Shown one piece after another: positions 40,004-49,798 of a DNA stretch of 60,965 nt. Position 1 is the stretch's first letter, and each line of letters starts with the position of its first letter. The position numbers and the translations under genes were made by a program. Origin of the DNA: Candidatus Bathyarchaeia archaeon (lineage in GTDB: Archaea > Thermoproteota > Bathyarchaeia > Bathyarchaeales > Bathycorpusculaceae); NCBI GenBank assembly GCA_038882955.1, contig JAVZNC010000007.1:1-60965 (forward strand). The letters run 5' to 3'. A model generated the notes under the pieces. That model was not told where the DNA came from. It worked only from the letters and a program-made list of their open reading frames with translations, and ran no database searches.

Positions 40004-40600
40004 TTGGTCAAGAATTGTGCCAAAAATACATTAAACTTCGTCATCGAACATCTGGAGCCGGAAATTGGCACATGGCTAAACATAGAATACATTTACGCTT
40101 CAGAAATTGTCGGCAAAAGCCGTCTAATGTTCACGAACGTTAAAGACGAAGGAGACAAAGCCAAGCTCTCAAGCCTCGGAACGGTGAAAGAACAAAGCTT
40201 TGCCGAAATCTACAGTCCAAATGAAATTGTAATTTTAGACCCGAAAGCGAATTCAAAGCTTAAGTCAGAAGATTTGGCATGCAAAAAGGCTGTGGTTATT
40301 GGTGGCATTTTGGGCGACAGTCCGCCAAAGGGGAGAACAAAACTGTTGATGACCAGTCGTCTTCAGGGGGCGGTGGCGCGTAACATTGGAAGAGGCCAGT
40401 TTGCAATTGATGGGGCAGTTTACGTAGCTAAGCTCGTAAGCGAAGGGTTTAGGCTTGAAGAAATTCCGGTGAAGAAGGGATTAACCATAAAATTAGGTGA
40501 ACGCCATTCAATTTACTTGCCGTATACTTATCCTTTAAAAAATGGTAAACCGCTAATTCACAGGGCATTAATAGAATATTTGTGCACATGCCCAGTTTAA
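40004..40600 (+). CDS. SPOUT methyltransferase, Sfm1/DUF431-like
   Basis: VIEHLE, LDP, IGGILGDxPPxGRT, RNIGxxQFxIDGA, LPYxY. Confidence 0.8.
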   Translation: MVKNCAKNTLNFVIEHLEPEIGTWLNIEYIYASEIVGKSRLMFTNVKDEGDKAKLSSLGTVKEQSFAEIYSPNEIVILDPKANSKLKSEDLACKKAVVIGGILGDSPPKGRTKLLMTSRLQGAVARNIGRGQFAIDGAVYVAKLVSEGFRLEEIPVKKGLTIKLGERHSIYLPYTYPLKNGKPLIHRALIEYLCTCPV

Positions 40601-40608
40601 TGAAAGGG

Positions 40609-40890
40609 CTAAAATTCGTCAAGTCTTCGCACTTTATTTCTTCTTCTTAAAATCCAAATGGAAATCTCAAAGATAACGGCGAAGAACCATAAGGCAAGAA
40701 TCGAAGGAATAGCGATACCTGGGGCAACAGAAAAGACCAGATACATGAGGGCTCCAGTTGCAGGAAGGGGCACAACGATAGCGAGAATAGCAAACAGCTG
40801 AATAAGTGTCTGATTATGAATTATGCGTCTAGGTTTTCTTCTCACCCAAGCTTCGGCTTCAGGCTTTGTATCGTCCAAACCTTTCGCCAA
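40609..40890 (-). CDS. Small 2-TM membrane protein
   Basis: Two TM helices with basic flanks. Confidence 0.55.
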   Translation of the reverse strand: MAKGLDDTKPEAEAWVRRKPRRIIHNQTLIQLFAILAIVVPLPATGALMYLVFSVAPGIAIPSILALWFFAVIFEISIWILRRRNKVRRLDEF

Positions 40891-40960
40891 GTTGGGCGAT
40901 TACGAAAGTCGCATCATTTAAAAGTTATGAATCCAGAATAAGCATTTCACCATTTAACAT

Positions 40961-41467
40961 TCAAATTTTAGCTTTAACCTTGGGCAAAATTTCTCTCTGC
41001 ATTTGCATTATACCAAAAGGCGTTATTCGATATGTACCACCAGCGGTTTTCGTAACCATCTGACTTTTAACAAGCTCCCCCAAACGTGTACTGACAATCT
41101 TTGAACTTTTACAAAGCCTTGCCTGCAAATCCTCCTTAGAAACAGAATGGCTGCCAACTAAGCCAAGCTGAAAACCGACATAGTATGCTAAAAGCCACAA
41201 CAAAAGAGTTTCATTATCCGTAAGCCTATCCTTCGAAACAAGCAGATTCGCACCTTCATTTGAGAAGGCAATGATTCCCTCGCAGTCTTTAACAAGTGCC
41301 TGCAAATCAACGCTCAACCTAAGTTTTTTGGAAATCTCGAAGGAGGGAAGAAAATCGCTGAAGAACTTGTTTATGCTAAGCCAAACATCCTCTAAATTGC
41401 CAACAAACGTCTTTTCCAAGTCGCCATATTTCACATGAACTGTTAACGTTTTATTTTCTCCGCTCAA
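40961..41467 (-). CDS. Hypothetical winged-helix protein
   Basis: C-terminal VSTRLGELVK...GTYRITPFG. Confidence 0.7.
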   Translation of the reverse strand: MSGENKTLTVHVKYGDLEKTFVGNLEDVWLSINKFFSDFLPSFEISKKLRLSVDLQALVKDCEGIIAFSNEGANLLVSKDRLTDNETLLLWLLAYYVGFQLGLVGSHSVSKEDLQARLCKSSKIVSTRLGELVKSQMVTKTAGGTYRITPFGIMQMQREILPKVKAKI

Positions 41468-41934
41468 CTCATCTTACCCCGAAGCCTAGCCAAAACCTCA
41501 TCCTCAATCCATCTTTCACCTTGAACTGTAAGCTTGAATTCTGGCTTGCTCGGGTCTGGCTTATACACTTGACCACGCTTGGTCATCTCATTAAGCCTTG
41601 CTGGAACCATGCACTTGATTCCGCTGGACTCTAGAAGTTTGGTTATCTGCGCCGCCGTGTTCCGCCTATCATCAGACGCATATAGCACAAGTCCAATAGC
41701 CTCATAATGAGTTAGGTTTTCACGCGCAACAATAACCGGACCCTCAGTCGTGAACTCAACAATGCCCTTCAACTGCGACTTTGAAGGAACAATCTTGCTC
41801 ACAACAAGCGTTGAGATTTTATCCATAAAATTTTCTGGAATAGCCTCAAGCATTTCGAGAATTTCCTGTGGACTATCGCCTTCAATGACTATTTCGCCGA
41901 ACTGCGTTTTTATGCGCGCCTCAATTCTCTTCAA
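41464..41934 (-). CDS. Hypothetical winged-helix protein
   Basis: C-terminal VPARLNEMTKRGQV...FKLTVQG. Confidence 0.7.
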   Translation of the reverse strand: MKRIEARIKTQFGEIVIEGDSPQEILEMLEAIPENFMDKISTLVVSKIVPSKSQLKGIVEFTTEGPVIVARENLTHYEAIGLVLYASDDRRNTAAQITKLLESSGIKCMVPARLNEMTKRGQVYKPDPSKPEFKLTVQGERWIEDEVLARLRGKMS

Positions 41935-42429
41935 TCAGCCTTCGCCTCCTCCACTACGGGCTAATGCCTCCTTCTCGGCGAGAATATAAACGTAACCAGC
42001 ATCCGTTTTCCAGCGCCTAACAACTCCTTTCCTAACAAGTCCAAAAAGCGCTCCGCTTAAAACCTTTCCAGAAAAGCTTAACCCGTTAGCTTCTAAGGCA
42101 TCGCGCAGCTCATTTACAGTACGTGGACGCCACTTCCCCCAGTCAGACTCAAGAATTTTTAAAATTGCTTCGTCGCACTTTTCGATCCGCGCAATTTTTG
42201 GAAACTTCTGTATCGTTGGTTCCTCTTTTGCTTCTGCCTTCACTGTGAGTTTAGCCACTGTTTTGGGTTTTAATCCCTCAAAAGCTTTTTGGACATTAAC
42301 TATTAGCGTTGGCAAGTCCTCGATTGTTTCTAGGACTTCTTTGCGTGTGCCGCTGACCTCAACCTCGTACTCGCCGATTCTAAAGCGTAACGCAAAAAAG
42401 CCTTGGCTATCTTTTTCTTTGCAATGCAA
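41935..42429 (-). CDS. Hypothetical winged-helix protein
   Basis: C-terminal WGxxRPRTVNEL...LFGLVRKGVVRR...Y. Confidence 0.7.
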   Translation of the reverse strand: MHCKEKDSQGFFALRFRIGEYEVEVSGTRKEVLETIEDLPTLIVNVQKAFEGLKPKTVAKLTVKAEAKEEPTIQKFPKIARIEKCDEAILKILESDWGKWRPRTVNELRDALEANGLSFSGKVLSGALFGLVRKGVVRRWKTDAGYVYILAEKEALARSGGGEG

Positions 42430-42575
42430 CTCTCATCCCCACGCTCTATAGTGATGTTCGCAACTGCATTTAGATTTTACGTATCGGGTTTTGATATATG
42501 TCGTGGAAGGAAATACCATATTAAATATTAAGATATGCTAATTCTATTTAGCGCACCTCATCCAAAACCAGAGGA

Positions 42576-43211
42576 ATGAGCTTGGTTAAAAAGGCAGTTC
42601 TTGTCTGGATTTTCAGTTCAATAACAATCGTCGCCTCGGCGCATTTGATCGAAGCGATAACAGTTCTACTTTTCAACAACGAAATTAGGCTGTTAAGCCT
42701 TTACCCATTTATAGGCGAAAAACTGCAGATGATAACTCCCGCAGCATATTTCTGGATAAGCCTTTTATCAGCTTTCACTCTTTGGGGAATAACATGCGCG
42801 GTAGCCTTCGAAAATCCAGTTGAAGCCTTCCTAAACAAGATTCTTTCAGACGCAAAAAAGCAGGGCGCTGTTGAAACGCAGCTTATTGAAGATAAAAGTG
42901 AAGTTATAGATCTGATGAACGAGACGATTGAGGCAAATAACGAAGTGCTCTTGCAGGTTAAGGATTTAATTTACAACATAAGGGCTGAGGTTAAGGAAAT
43001 CCAGCCTTTAAAGGAACTTTTGGAAAAAGTCAAAGCGGAAATTGGAACTTTAAAGCGTGAGGTTAAGAGGATAGAGGAGAAGGTCAAATTTCCAATACTT
43101 TGCCCTGCATGCGGTAAGCCACTTCTTCCAGAATTTAAAATGTGCCCATACTGTGGTGAGCAAATAAAGGCGCAGTATCCAGCGGTAATCGAAGTGAAAG
43201 ACATCAAGTGA
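42576..43211 (+). CDS. Membrane protein with coiled coil and C-terminal zinc ribbon
   Basis: Two TM helices, heptad repeats, CPACG...CPYCG. Confidence 0.78.
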   Translation: MSLVKKAVLVWIFSSITIVASAHLIEAITVLLFNNEIRLLSLYPFIGEKLQMITPAAYFWISLLSAFTLWGITCAVAFENPVEAFLNKILSDAKKQGAVETQLIEDKSEVIDLMNETIEANNEVLLQVKDLIYNIRAEVKEIQPLKELLEKVKAEIGTLKREVKRIEEKVKFPILCPACGKPLLPEFKMCPYCGEQIKAQYPAVIEVKDIK

Positions 43212-43221
43212 AAAGCGCGTT

Positions 43222-45123
43222 TTACTCCAATTTTTCCTCAAGTTTTTCCCTCAATATTTTGCTTAGCTGCGCAGCGTCAACTTTGCCCCTCAAGTTTTGC
43301 ATTAATATGCCCATTAGAGCACCGAAGCTTTCTTGACCCTTTTCCTGAATGAGCTTTGTGTTTTCCGCTATCGCCTTTTCGACAAGCGCCGCCAGTTCGG
43401 CTTCCGAAAGCGTTTTGAAGCCAAGCGCTTTTATGGCTTCTTCTACGGTTTTTTCTTCGTTTTTTGAAAGCCAGATGAACGTGTCGCTTATTGCTTCTTT
43501 TGTTAGTTTTCCCGCGCCAACAAGCTTAAAGATTTCTTTTATTTTGTTTTCTGGGACTTTTTCTGTTTCGAAGCCGTCGCGTTTTAACGCTTTTAAGGTT
43601 TCTGTTAGGAAAACTGCGACTGTTGTTGGCGTGACGTTGCTTTCTTTGACTATTGTTTCGAAGAGTTCACTGTGCTCTGAATCCATTATTTGCTTTGCGA
43701 GTTTCTGGTTAAGCTTGTATTGCTTCATTAGGCGGTCAAACTTTTGTTCTGGAAGTTCCGGCAATGCGGCGCGGATTTTTTCTAGCATCTCGCTTGTTAT
43801 TTGTGTTGGCGGTATGTCTGTTTCTGGGTACATTCTTGCTGCTCCTGGTCTTGGGCGCATGTAGCGTGTTGTTCCGTCTGGGTTTGCGGCTCTTGTTTCT
43901 TCTGGCACGCCTTTTATTGCTTCTTTTGCCCTTTCCACAACTGCTTTTAGGGCGTCTCTGGCGTTTTCTGACGTGTCTGCCACGAAGACTATGGCATCTT
44001 CATTGTTGGCTTTTACCGTGTTTTTTAGGGTTTCTATCTCCTCGCTTGTTATTCCGTATGCTGGCATTTCGTCTGTGTGAAATATTCCGCCTACCCTGCC
44101 CCAGAACCGCGCTCTGTCAGCCATTTCCGTGCCTAAGCGGAAGTTTGGTAGTAGTTCGCGTTTTAGTAATCCGCTGAATTTTGGCAGTTTCACAGCGAGG
44201 ACTTGATGTTTTTTGTCTAGGGCTTTGCGGATGACTTTGCATTTTGTTTTTTCGAAAACTTTTGTTACGTCGAAGAATTCCTCGTTTATCGCCTCTGCCT
44301 TTGCGCCTCTTTTTTGTAGTTCTTTGCTTATTTCTATTAGGTTTAGTTGGCGTTGAACCTCGTACTCCACGACAAGCGGCAGCAGTTCGAGTTCTTGTAC
44401 GCCTTTTATTTCTGTTAGTGCGCCTTCGGCTATGGAAATGTTTAGGTCTTGCCTTATCGTTCCTAGTCCGCGTTTAACTTTGCCCGTTGCTCTAAGGATT
44501 CTTCCTATTGCGAGTGCGACTTCGCCGGCTTCTTTTGGCGTGTTTATTGCGGGGGCTGTTGCAATTTCTATTAGTGGTATGCCCAAGCGGTCTATGCGGT
44601 AGCGTATTGTGTTGTCTTCTTCGCCCATTTTTCGGGCTGCGTCTTCTTCTAGGCTTACGTGTTCTATTGGAATTGTTTTTTCGCCAATGGCTATTTCGCC
44701 TTTTAGGGCTATGACGCATGTGCGTTGGAAACCCGTGGTGTTTGAGCCGTCTATGACTGTTTTGCGCATTACGTGGATTTCGTCTACTGGCTTCGCCTTC
44801 AGCATTAGAGCCACTGTTAAGGCTATTTCTACCGCTTCTGTGTTTAATGGGTGTGGCGGCTCCTCGTCCATTTCGACTAGGCAGGAGGTTTCGCGGTTTG
44901 CTTCGTAGAGGATTTTTACTCCTTTTTGGAATTCGAAGTAGGCTGCTGGGTCGATTTGTCCGAGTTCGCTTTGTGTTGGTCTTAAACGTCTTATGAAGGT
45001 GATTTCTGGTTCGCCTTTGAAGAGTTCTGTTCTGCACTGGCAGAAGAGCTTAGCTTTAGTGTCTAGTTGCTGGTGGATTTCCAAGCCTACTTTTAACCCA
45101 ACTTTGCCATAGTCTATTTCCAT
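43222..45123 (-). CDS. gatE: Glu-tRNA(Gln) amidotransferase subunit E
   Basis: GLEIHQQL, IDGSNTTGFQRT, LEEDAAR, RPGAARMYPETD. Confidence 0.97.
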   Translation of the reverse strand: MEIDYGKVGLKVGLEIHQQLDTKAKLFCQCRTELFKGEPEITFIRRLRPTQSELGQIDPAAYFEFQKGVKILYEANRETSCLVEMDEEPPHPLNTEAVEIALTVALMLKAKPVDEIHVMRKTVIDGSNTTGFQRTCVIALKGEIAIGEKTIPIEHVSLEEDAARKMGEEDNTIRYRIDRLGIPLIEIATAPAINTPKEAGEVALAIGRILRATGKVKRGLGTIRQDLNISIAEGALTEIKGVQELELLPLVVEYEVQRQLNLIEISKELQKRGAKAEAINEEFFDVTKVFEKTKCKVIRKALDKKHQVLAVKLPKFSGLLKRELLPNFRLGTEMADRARFWGRVGGIFHTDEMPAYGITSEEIETLKNTVKANNEDAIVFVADTSENARDALKAVVERAKEAIKGVPEETRAANPDGTTRYMRPRPGAARMYPETDIPPTQITSEMLEKIRAALPELPEQKFDRLMKQYKLNQKLAKQIMDSEHSELFETIVKESNVTPTTVAVFLTETLKALKRDGFETEKVPENKIKEIFKLVGAGKLTKEAISDTFIWLSKNEEKTVEEAIKALGFKTLSEAELAALVEKAIAENTKLIQEKGQESFGALMGILMQNLRGKVDAAQLSKILREKLEEKLE

Positions 45124-45142
45124 GTTTCTGGCGGCACCCTCC

Positions 45143-46480
45143 CTACGATGCGTTTTCTTCTGGCAGTGTTCGCGGCGAGAACTCGCCTGCTATGTTTGTT
45201 TTTAAAAGCTGTTTTGCTTCTTCCGGGTTTTGGGTTTGCCCGAAAATCCACATGAGTTTTACTAGGGCTGTTTCTGGGAGCATGTCTTCGAGTGGTATGA
45301 CGCCTAGTGCTTGTAGGTCTCTGCCAGTGTCGTATACGTTCATGTTTACGCGTCCCCAAATGCACTGGGATGCCATCGCGACGATTACGCCTTTGTCCAC
45401 AGCCTTTTTTATTGCGTTGTAGCATGCGCTGCTCACGTGTCCTAGTCCCGTCCCTTCTAGGACTATGCCCAAGTAGCCGTTTTCCACGTGCCATTCTATT
45501 ATTGCTGGGTTCATGTTTGGATAAAACTTGATTAGGGCTACTTTTTCGTTGAAGTGTGGCTTTAGCGTAAGCTTTCGAGTCTTGTCTCGTGGCGTATAAT
45601 CATCTGTCAGCATTGTTACCTGTTGGTTTTGTATGCGGGCTATTGGCGTGGCGTTTACGCTTTTGAAAGTGTCTCTTCTGCTTGTGTGACATTTGCGCAC
45701 TTTTGTTCCGCGGTGTACGGCGATTGTTGTGTCTGATGGCGTTTCGTGCATGGCAATGGCGACTTCTGCGAATGGAGCTTTCGCTGCGGCTATAGATGCG
45801 CCTATTAGGTTTGTGGCGGCGTCTGAGCTTGGGCGGTCTGCTGAACGCTGCGAGCCTACGAGGATTACTGGGACGGGTAGGTTTTGCAGTGCGAAGCTTA
45901 GGGCTGCAGCCGTATAAGCCATCGTGTCTGTTCCATGCGCGATTATTACGCCGTCTACGCCTTCGGCTATTTTTTGGGCTGTTGTTTGGGCTATTTGCGT
46001 CCAGTGTTTTGCGTTTATGTTTTCGCTGAACACGCTGAAGAGAATTTGGGCGTCTATTTGGGCTATTTCGGCAAGTTCTGGAACTACGCTGTACAAGTCG
46101 CTTGCCGACAAGGCGGGACGAACAGCGCCAGTACGATAATCAACGCGGCTTGCAATTGTGCCGCCAGTGCTTATTATGGCGATGCGTGGAAGCGTTGGGT
46201 TCTGCCTTGGAAGGGGTTGCGGAACAAAAATTGGTTTTGCACCTTCGCCGATGCGCTCTATACGCGTGTCGGGTGTTATGCGGACGCCGATGTTGTAGCC
46301 GCTCTTCAATTTGATGACAATGTGCTTTTCATCGCCATATTCAGAACGAGGAATAAGAATTCCCTCAAAAACCTCGCCATCCTTTGTAATACGCACCAAA
46401 TCGCCAATTTCCGCTCTAGCCCTCTTAATAGCCTCTAACGCCTCACCACGATAACCAGAAAATCCTTCTTTTGCATTCAT
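45143..46480 (-). CDS. gatD: Glu-tRNA(Gln) amidotransferase subunit D
   Basis: TGGTIASRVDYRTG, HGTDT, GSQRSADRPSSD. Confidence 0.97.
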   Translation of the reverse strand: MNAKEGFSGYRGEALEAIKRARAEIGDLVRITKDGEVFEGILIPRSEYGDEKHIVIKLKSGYNIGVRITPDTRIERIGEGAKPIFVPQPLPRQNPTLPRIAIISTGGTIASRVDYRTGAVRPALSASDLYSVVPELAEIAQIDAQILFSVFSENINAKHWTQIAQTTAQKIAEGVDGVIIAHGTDTMAYTAAALSFALQNLPVPVILVGSQRSADRPSSDAATNLIGASIAAAKAPFAEVAIAMHETPSDTTIAVHRGTKVRKCHTSRRDTFKSVNATPIARIQNQQVTMLTDDYTPRDKTRKLTLKPHFNEKVALIKFYPNMNPAIIEWHVENGYLGIVLEGTGLGHVSSACYNAIKKAVDKGVIVAMASQCIWGRVNMNVYDTGRDLQALGVIPLEDMLPETALVKLMWIFGQTQNPEEAKQLLKTNIAGEFSPRTLPEENAS

Positions 46481-46560
46481 TTTAAACTCTCAAACATCTG
46501 AAGCTTAAGAAAGCTAATATGCTTTTTTATTTGATTGGTTTAAGTGAGGTTCGGTTAAAA

Positions 46561-46749
46561 ATGGATGTAGGTGAGTTTGTCGGGTCTGCAATTATGATAG
46601 TAGTTGGCGCATACGTTCTTTATGTTGCAATTCAAGCATTGTCCCAAACTGATCCTGGTTTTGCTCAATACGGTTGGTATCTTTTTGGAGCATACATAGT
46701 CGGCGCAGCGCTATTCCTCAGATACGCCTTGAATCAACATAAAAGTTAA
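46561..46749 (+). CDS. Small 2-TM membrane protein
   Basis: Two hydrophobic helices, ATG at 46561 after GAGGT. Confidence 0.55.
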   Translation: MDVGEFVGSAIMIVVGAYVLYVAIQALSQTDPGFAQYGWYLFGAYIVGAALFLRYALNQHKS

Positions 46750-46816
46750 CTTGCAACCAACATACTAATGGCAAAATTTACCTATAAGAACAGCCATAGT
46801 CAAATTTTGATGGCAT

Positions 46817-47620
46817 ATGCCTCAATGTGAGCATTGTGGAAAAGAGGTTATTCTTCCCTACAAATGCGGTTTCTGTGGACACTATTTTTGTGTTGAGCAT
46901 AGACTTCCAGAAAATCACAACTGCCCAAATCTTTCATTCAAATTCCAGCGGGAAGAAAAAGTTGAAGAACAAACAATTGAAAAAGAGAGAATAGCCTCTG
47001 AAGGAGAATTGCACTTTGTTAAAGAACCTATTGAGAGGCAAAGAACTGAAGAGCCTAAACCAAAAGGAAAAATGAAGCATATTGCCCCTATTTTCTGCAT
47101 ACTCTTAATCCTTGCAGGCTATGCGATCTATAGTTTCGGTTATAACACCGGTTCTAACACTTCATTTAATACCGGCTACGATTTAGGATACGCCCAAGGA
47201 TACGTCAGCGGCAACTTGACAGGCTTTGAACTAGGTTATAGAAATGGCAATTCAAGCGGTTACATTGAAGGCTACAATAAAGGCTACCTTGATGGAGTAA
47301 AAGACGGAGCGAGAACGGGCTATAATATCAGAGACCCAACCTATCAAGAGATGCTCGACTTTATTGCTTTAGATAAAACAGACGAAAATGAATATTCTGA
47401 AAACTATACATGCCTTCACTTTACAGCAGACGTAAAAAATAATGCGTTTAAAGCCGGATACAGATGTGAATTCGTTTATATTGAACTCACTTTAGGGGCT
47501 CATGCAATAGTATGCTTTAACACCACAGATAGAGGAATAATTTTTATTGAACCGCAAACCGACGAAATAGTCAACGTGGCAGTAGGAGAGTTCTATGAAT
47601 CAATTGAATTTTGGTATTGA
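46817..47620 (+). CDS. AN1 zinc finger, TM helix, G-Y repeat and putative papain/transglutaminase-like domain protein
   Basis: CxxC...CxxC...CxxH...HxC zinc finger, TM helix, GYxxGYxxG repeats, Cys (YTCLHF)/His (GAHAI)/Glu (FIEPQ) candidate triad. Confidence 0.72.
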   Translation: MPQCEHCGKEVILPYKCGFCGHYFCVEHRLPENHNCPNLSFKFQREEKVEEQTIEKERIASEGELHFVKEPIERQRTEEPKPKGKMKHIAPIFCILLILAGYAIYSFGYNTGSNTSFNTGYDLGYAQGYVSGNLTGFELGYRNGNSSGYIEGYNKGYLDGVKDGARTGYNIRDPTYQEMLDFIALDKTDENEYSENYTCLHFTADVKNNAFKAGYRCEFVYIELTLGAHAIVCFNTTDRGIIFIEPQTDEIVNVAVGEFYESIEFWY

Positions 47621-47755
47621 ACAGTTAAAAGTTATGTTATAATTTGGTAATGTTTTTGGATGATAATCTCACGAATTTTTTATCTCTTTATGACATTTCT
47701 GAGTATGAAACTATTTCTATAATAGTCTTTCAGTTTAGGGTATTCTGCTTTTGTT

Positions 47756-48049
47756 TTATGTTGTTGTTATTGTTTTTGCTATTTGTGTTTCCAGTTCAGC
47801 GTATTGTCTTCTAATCTCGCTCTTGACAACATCGATTTCTGTGCGTAGCCGCTTCTTGGATTCTGGCGCCAAATCCTTCGACTTCGTTATTTCCTCCTCC
47901 ATCTTCAACGTTTCACGTTCAATGTCATGCTTCGTTTCCTTCGTCTTCTTCAGCAAATCCACCTTGGCTTTCTCGATTTTTTCAAACTCGCCCCTTATGT
48001 CCTTCGCCTTTTTGCCAATCTTCTCCTTTATCTTGTTCAACTTCTCCAT
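47756..48049 (-). CDS. Small charged coiled-coil protein
   Basis: K/E-rich heptads, ATG at 48049. Confidence 0.65.
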   Translation of the reverse strand: MEKLNKIKEKIGKKAKDIRGEFEKIEKAKVDLLKKTKETKHDIERETLKMEEEITKSKDLAPESKKRLRTEIDVVKSEIRRQYAELETQIAKTITTT

Positions 48050-48161
48050 ATACTCACGTTCAGAAGGACCGCCCACAATGAAGCACCAATACATCGTTTA
48101 TAGCAATAGTTAATAAGCTTTGTTAATTAGCAGTACAAACACACAAAACCACTAGGGCGGT

Positions 48162-49766
48162 TCAAAGCGCCTTCGCCACGTAAGGACCATCATACGCATA
48201 ACCAAAACGCATGTAATAACGCTTTGTGCCCAAAGCACTAATAACCAAAATCTTTTCCAAACCATAATCTTCACGCGCTACACGTTCAGCCTCACTTAAC
48301 AGAACAGCACCAAAACCCTTATGCTGCCAAGCCTTTGGCAAGCGTTTGCCAACGGGCACCAAAGGACCATAAACATGCAACTCCCTAACAATAGCGCACG
48401 GTTTCTCCTTAACCTCTGGTCGATGTGCTTTAGCAGATGGCACACGCAAACGCAGATACCCAATCAAAACATCGTTCTCCACGTCCTCAGCCGAAATGAA
48501 TATTTCAGTGCCCTCAGAAGCCTCATAACGCGTATTGCGAATTTCCACACACTCCATGTCTGGCTTGACGCCTTCAGCCAAAAGCCTATGCCCAACCTCC
48601 CTACAACGAATACACCTACACCGAACGCCTCGTTCCTTCAGCCTCTGCTGAACAAGCTGGCGCAGATTGCTACGGTTAACGCCAGCAACTATAAGCGGCG
48701 CTGGAATATCGCGTTGCACACGCATGATGCGAACCCAAGGCGGAATGATACGCTTGACTTCAACAATCAAGTCCGCTGCTTCCTCATTCGAATAAGGCTT
48801 GTAATCGCCACGCAAAAACCACTCATACGCTTTTGTGCCCTTCAAAACAAGGCAAGGATAAATCTTAATCATGTCGGGCTTAAAGGCGGAATTCTCAAAA
48901 ATCATCCTAAACGCTTCCAAATCCCGCCCAAAATCGGAACCAGGCAGTCCGGGCATCATGTGATAAACGATTTTAAATCCAGCATCCTTCGCGATGCGTG
49001 TAGCTTCAACCACATCCGCCACGCTGTGCGTCCTACCAACCAAACCATAAATCTCATCGCTTGGATTTTGCACACCCAACTCCACACGCGTAACACCCAT
49101 ATCCAGCATGTGGTCCACATGCTTTTCCTTAGCCCAGTCCGGACGTGTTTCGACAGTTATACCCACATTACGGATTTTGCTAGTTTCAGCGTTCTTTTTC
49201 GCCTCTTCAAGCGTCGCCGATTCTTTCTCCGTAATGGCGTCCAAACAACGCTTAACAAACCAATGCTGATAATCAACAGGCGTAGCTGGAAAAGTCCCAC
49301 CCATAACAATAAGCTCAACCTTATCCACGCTATGCCCAATCGCCCGCAACTGCTCAATACGACTCTTCACCTGCCCATAAGGGTCAAACTCATGCTGCAA
49401 ACCACGCATCGCAGCAGGTTCAAAACCAGTATAGCTCTGCGGAACACCAAAAGGCGGACCACCAGGACAGTAAGCACATGGACTTGGCTGAGGACAAGGA
49501 TAAGGCTTAGTCATAACCGCCACTACTGTCACGCCAGAAATTGTACGCGTGGCTTTCCTACGCAAAACTGGCAAAAGCCTACGCTTCTCATCCGCTTTAA
49601 GAGCACTTATTATTTCAGCGTTTGACGGAACACGCTTCAACTTGTATTTGGCTGCAACCCGCAACTTAACGCGATTAACATGCTCTTGGCTAGGCAAAGG
49701 AACACGCATCAAATAGTCAATGATTTCTCTTACCGCTTGGTTTTCGTTCAAGCCAACGCCAGCCAA
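48162..49766 (-). CDS. elp3: tRNA uridine(34) acetyltransferase Elp3 (radical SAM + GNAT)
   Basis: CPxxxxCxYCPGG, QSYTGFEP, MGGTF, ETRPD, IVRELHVYG, QHKGFG. Confidence 0.95.
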   Translation of the reverse strand: MAGVGLNENQAVREIIDYLMRVPLPSQEHVNRVKLRVAAKYKLKRVPSNAEIISALKADEKRRLLPVLRRKATRTISGVTVVAVMTKPYPCPQPSPCAYCPGGPPFGVPQSYTGFEPAAMRGLQHEFDPYGQVKSRIEQLRAIGHSVDKVELIVMGGTFPATPVDYQHWFVKRCLDAITEKESATLEEAKKNAETSKIRNVGITVETRPDWAKEKHVDHMLDMGVTRVELGVQNPSDEIYGLVGRTHSVADVVEATRIAKDAGFKIVYHMMPGLPGSDFGRDLEAFRMIFENSAFKPDMIKIYPCLVLKGTKAYEWFLRGDYKPYSNEEAADLIVEVKRIIPPWVRIMRVQRDIPAPLIVAGVNRSNLRQLVQQRLKERGVRCRCIRCREVGHRLLAEGVKPDMECVEIRNTRYEASEGTEIFISAEDVENDVLIGYLRLRVPSAKAHRPEVKEKPCAIVRELHVYGPLVPVGKRLPKAWQHKGFGAVLLSEAERVAREDYGLEKILVISALGTKRYYMRFGYAYDGPYVAKAL

Positions 49767-49798
49767 AATAGCTAGAGTGTAAAGGGGCTAAATAAACG

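Noticed and set aside
47140-47330. Repetitive GGxTAx pattern as a possible CRISPR array or tandem repeat
   Set aside because: It reflects GYxxG protein repeats. No identical repeat-spacer array is seen here or elsewhere in the window.
48321-49625. 434-aa plus-strand ORF
   Set aside because: Antisense shadow of elp3 caused by skewed codon usage, with no recognisable motifs.
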